From: Methanocaldococcus jannaschii DSM 2661
Lineage (GTDB): Archaea; AGJL01; Methanococci; Methanococcales; Methanocaldococcaceae
Direction: 5' to 3'
DNA: 32,000 nucleotides
Assembly (NCBI RefSeq): GCF_000091665.1
Contig: NC_000909.1
Span: 1,192,961 to 1,224,960, forward strand
Under the pieces are notes generated by a model. The model made no database searches and was not told the DNA's origin. It was given only the letters and a program-made list of their open reading frames with translations. The position numbers and the translations under genes are program-made. The stretch's first letter is position 1; each line of letters begins with the position of its first letter. Below are positions 29,588 through 32,000 of the stretch, one piece after another.

Positions 29588-30094
29588 TTATTGGCTTTCA
29601 GCCATCTTTTTCTTTAAGTATGGCATTAATCCTCCAGCCTCTAAAATTTCCATCATGAATTCTGGTAATTTTTGACCTTTTAAAACCTCTCCAGTGGTTA
29701 AGTTTTTAATCTCTCCAGTCTCTAAATTAACCTCTAACTCATCCCCTTCATTGACTTTCTCTGAAATGCCCTTACATTCAATTAATGGTAATCCAACATT
29801 TATGGCATTTCTATAAAATATTCTTGCGAAGCTCTCAGCAATAACACAGCTGATTCCAGCTCCTTTTAATCCTAATGGGGCATGCTCTCTACTTGAACCA
29901 CATCCAAAGTTCTTTCCTCCAACTATTATATCTCCTGGCTTAACCTTCTTTGGAAAATCTGGGTCTGCCCCAGTCATAACAAACTGAGCTAATTCCTCTG
30001 GTTTTGTATAAACTAAATACCTTGCTGGTAATATAGCATCTGTATCTACGTTATTTCCAAACTTCCAAACTCTTCCCTTTATTATACTTCTCAT
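29588..30094 (-). CDS. leuD: 3-isopropylmalate dehydratase small subunit
   Basis: [51 protein letters not shown]; YLVY loop typical of isopropylmalate isomerase. Confidence 0.92.
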   Translation of the reverse strand: MRSIIKGRVWKFGNNVDTDAILPARYLVYTKPEELAQFVMTGADPDFPKKVKPGDIIVGGKNFGCGSSREHAPLGLKGAGISCVIAESFARIFYRNAINVGLPLIECKGISEKVNEGDELEVNLETGEIKNLTTGEVLKGQKLPEFMMEILEAGGLMPYLKKKMAESQ

Positions 30095-30217
30095 TATTTC
30101 ACCTTTTGAATATGATTAATGTAGATTATAACTAAAATAAAAAGTAAGTGAATAAATAAGTTTTGTTTTCTGTATTGTTTAATATGAAAATCTAAATATA
30201 AGAAAATAGAAATAACA

Positions 30218-30757
30218 TTAGTCAAACTTCTTTTTTAATGGCTCTAAATGTTTAACTAATGTATTTAATATCTTCTCCAATTCTTCCCTAAGGGCTTCTT
30301 TTTCTATTCTATCTGATTTTATATATTTTCCTAAATCTTCAATATATGTTGTTGTTGCTATTATGTAGTTCAAATCATGATTTATTTTAACTTTTCCAAA
30401 TATTGGAATTTTAAACATATTTTTAAAATCAGTTTGATACATAACTAAAACATCATTTGGTTCAACCAAGTCATTTTTAATTACTGCTTCAAATGTTAAA
30501 ACTGACTGAGAACCAAGAATTTTTGACGCCATCCCCTCAATTTTTCTATCTACCGTAATCCTAAGTATGTGTAAGACCGGATGATTTACAAATTTGAAGG
30601 TTAAGCTGTGAGAGCTTTCTGTTGGTGAGTTAATTTCTGTTAAAACAGCTCCATTTTTATACATAAAATTTATTAACTCACCAACGAATATCTCGTCAAT
30701 GCTCTTAGTGTATTCTCTTGAATGAGTTATTTTTTTAGCTAAATCAAAAATTCCCAT
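30218..30757 (-). CDS. Uncharacterized protein, paralog of 30758-31315
   Basis: 179 aa; SIDEIFVGELINFMYKNGAVLTEI aligns with YIDEVFLGAIITTLTDNGYVLMDI of its neighbour; similar C-termini (LVKHLEPLKKK / LAKYLEIHKKV). Confidence 0.7.
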   Translation of the reverse strand: MGIFDLAKKITHSREYTKSIDEIFVGELINFMYKNGAVLTEINSPTESSHSLTFKFVNHPVLHILRITVDRKIEGMASKILGSQSVLTFEAVIKNDLVEPNDVLVMYQTDFKNMFKIPIFGKVKINHDLNYIIATTTYIEDLGKYIKSDRIEKEALREELEKILNTLVKHLEPLKKKFD

Positions 30758-31315
30758 TTATTCCACCTTTTTATGAATTTCTAAATATTTAGCAAGAGAG
30801 GATATTATTGCATTTATATCATTATTTAGTTTTTCCCAATCAATCGTTAGCGTGTCAAAGTCAATGTAATCGTTTATTAGCAAATAAGTTGCACAATTTA
30901 CAAAAGTATAATAACCATCATACTCATATCTAATACTTCCAATGTTTGATAGCATTTGAGATAGGTATCCTTTTAATCCTAAACCAAATAAGGATGGTGG
31001 GATTCCTTTAATCATAACCCCATAAGAAAATTCAATAAACATCCTCGCCCCTATAACTTTGACATCTGTTAATGAGTGGGGAAGCACTTCAGCAACTATT
31101 TTTATTCTATCCCAGCTTTCTAAATGTTCAAACATAAAGTAATGGAAGTTTCCATTTGAAGCGATGTCCATTAAAACATATCCATTGTCAGTTAATGTTG
31201 TTATTATTGCCCCTAAAAAAACTTCATCAATATATGTTGCTTTATTTTCTTCATTTTTTAATTTCCAACCTTTTTTTATTAATTCTATAAACCTCTTATC
31301 CATTAAAATCACCAA
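30758..31315 (-). CDS. Uncharacterized protein, paralog of 30218-30757
   Basis: 185 aa, immediately upstream with no gap; likely start MDKRFIELIKKGWKLKN (ATG 31303). Confidence 0.7.
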   Translation of the reverse strand: MVILMDKRFIELIKKGWKLKNEENKATYIDEVFLGAIITTLTDNGYVLMDIASNGNFHYFMFEHLESWDRIKIVAEVLPHSLTDVKVIGARMFIEFSYGVMIKGIPPSLFGLGLKGYLSQMLSNIGSIRYEYDGYYTFVNCATYLLINDYIDFDTLTIDWEKLNNDINAIISSLAKYLEIHKKVE

Positions 31316-31496
31316 TTGCCATAATAAAATTTTTAATACTTTAAACTATTTATAGAAATAATTTTAAAGTATTTATTAGGTATCCATTCAACTATATAAA
31401 AATTTCTACTGTATTCAGGTATATTGCTTAAAAATTTAAAATTTTATATTAGTTTTAAATATAAAAATTTGTATATTTAAATATATAGGTGAAAAT

Positions 31497-31970
31497 ATGA
31501 ATTTAATATTAACTCTACTCATAATTTTTGCCATAATTGGGCTTTTAATTTTAATTTTTGGAATTTGGCTGATAAAAAAACTTCTATTTCCAAAAAAGAA
31601 GCCAAAACCATATCAAGTTAGACATGGAAGCTCATCAAGTAAAAGAGGTTATGGAAGTCATGATGTTTATCATCACCATTATGTAACTAAAGATGTCTAT
31701 GTCCATGATTATGGCGATGACGACATTTATGATGAAAGAGGAAAAAAAGAGGGTGATAAAGATGATAGTTTAATAGATAAAGCCATTGCCTTTGGAGCTG
31801 GAGCAGTAACTGGTTATGGAGTAGCAGAATATGGTGAAGAGATTAAAGAAGAGGTTGAAGATATTGTAAAAGAGGGAGAAGATATAATTGATGATATTGT
31901 GGAAGAGGCAGAGGACTTTGTTGAAGATGTTGTTGATGACTTTGATAATGGAGGAGACGACGACTATTAA
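31497..31970 (+). CDS. Single-pass membrane protein with His-rich linker and strongly acidic C-terminus
   Basis: [26 protein letters not shown]; [18 protein letters not shown]; Gly-rich [18 protein letters not shown]; acidic tail. AGGTGA RBS. Confidence 0.75.
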
Positions 31971-31986
31971 AGAGGAGGTGTTTTTT

Positions 31987-32000
31987 ATGAAAAAATTTGT
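31987..32000 (+). CDS. Start of next CDS, truncated by window edge
   Basis: GAGGAGGTG RBS then ATG AAA AAA TTT. Confidence 0.6.

Noticed and set aside
22673-30094. hacB and leuD homologs on either side of livs/CRISPR as a possible duplication event
   Set aside because: They are well-known distinct paralogs (YLRT versus YLVY loop) with separate pathways; nothing recent is indicated.
26814-30094. CRISPR array plus short antitoxin-like ORF considered as a defence island
   Set aside because: No cas, nuclease, toxin or restriction genes; neighbours are amino-acid biosynthesis genes.
31335-31373. 11-bp inverted repeat AATACTTTAAA / TTTAAAGTATT in the divergent region before 31497
   Set aside because: TTTAAAGTATT also appears as a TATA-like box upstream of ndk, so this is more simply two oppositely oriented AT-rich promoter boxes.

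Overview
The window is a continuous stretch of a hyperthermophilic Methanocaldococcus-like chromosome (AT-rich, GGTG(AT) ribosome-binding sites). Its gene order matches, from memory, the M. jannaschii MJ1250-MJ1280 region. Core genes: GGGP synthase, a class I methyltransferase, a UPF0254 protein, SecF, a membrane-tethered winged-helix protein, a glycosyltransferase, CofD, a THUMP-FtsJ-like methyltransferase, an archaeal histone, UMP kinase, a DUF2116-like Zn-ribbon/TM protein, S6e, aIF2-gamma, a NurA-like nuclease, MetG, PurL, Ndk, livJ-G-F-H-M, HacB, a PTPS-like protein, BpsA, diphthine synthase, a Na+/H+ antiporter, IlvD, LeuD, a pair of uncharacterized paralogs and an acidic His-rich membrane protein. 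Less obvious features: (a) four dispersed ~104-113 bp elements with 12-16 bp terminal inverted repeats and a central hairpin; (b) two compact GC-rich multi-hairpin intergenic segments that look like structured RNAs, one lying between two near-copies of the 3' end of the aIF2-gamma gene; (c) apparent single-base frameshifts in livJ, livF and a short antitoxin-like ORF missing from the ORF track; (d) two signal-peptide genes whose SD spacing points to ATT initiation; (e) a minus-strand CRISPR array with a degenerate distal repeat and no cas genes in the window. I do not see a confidently novel defence or biochemical system. The best unexplained candidates are the structured RNAs and the 30.2-32.0 kb module.
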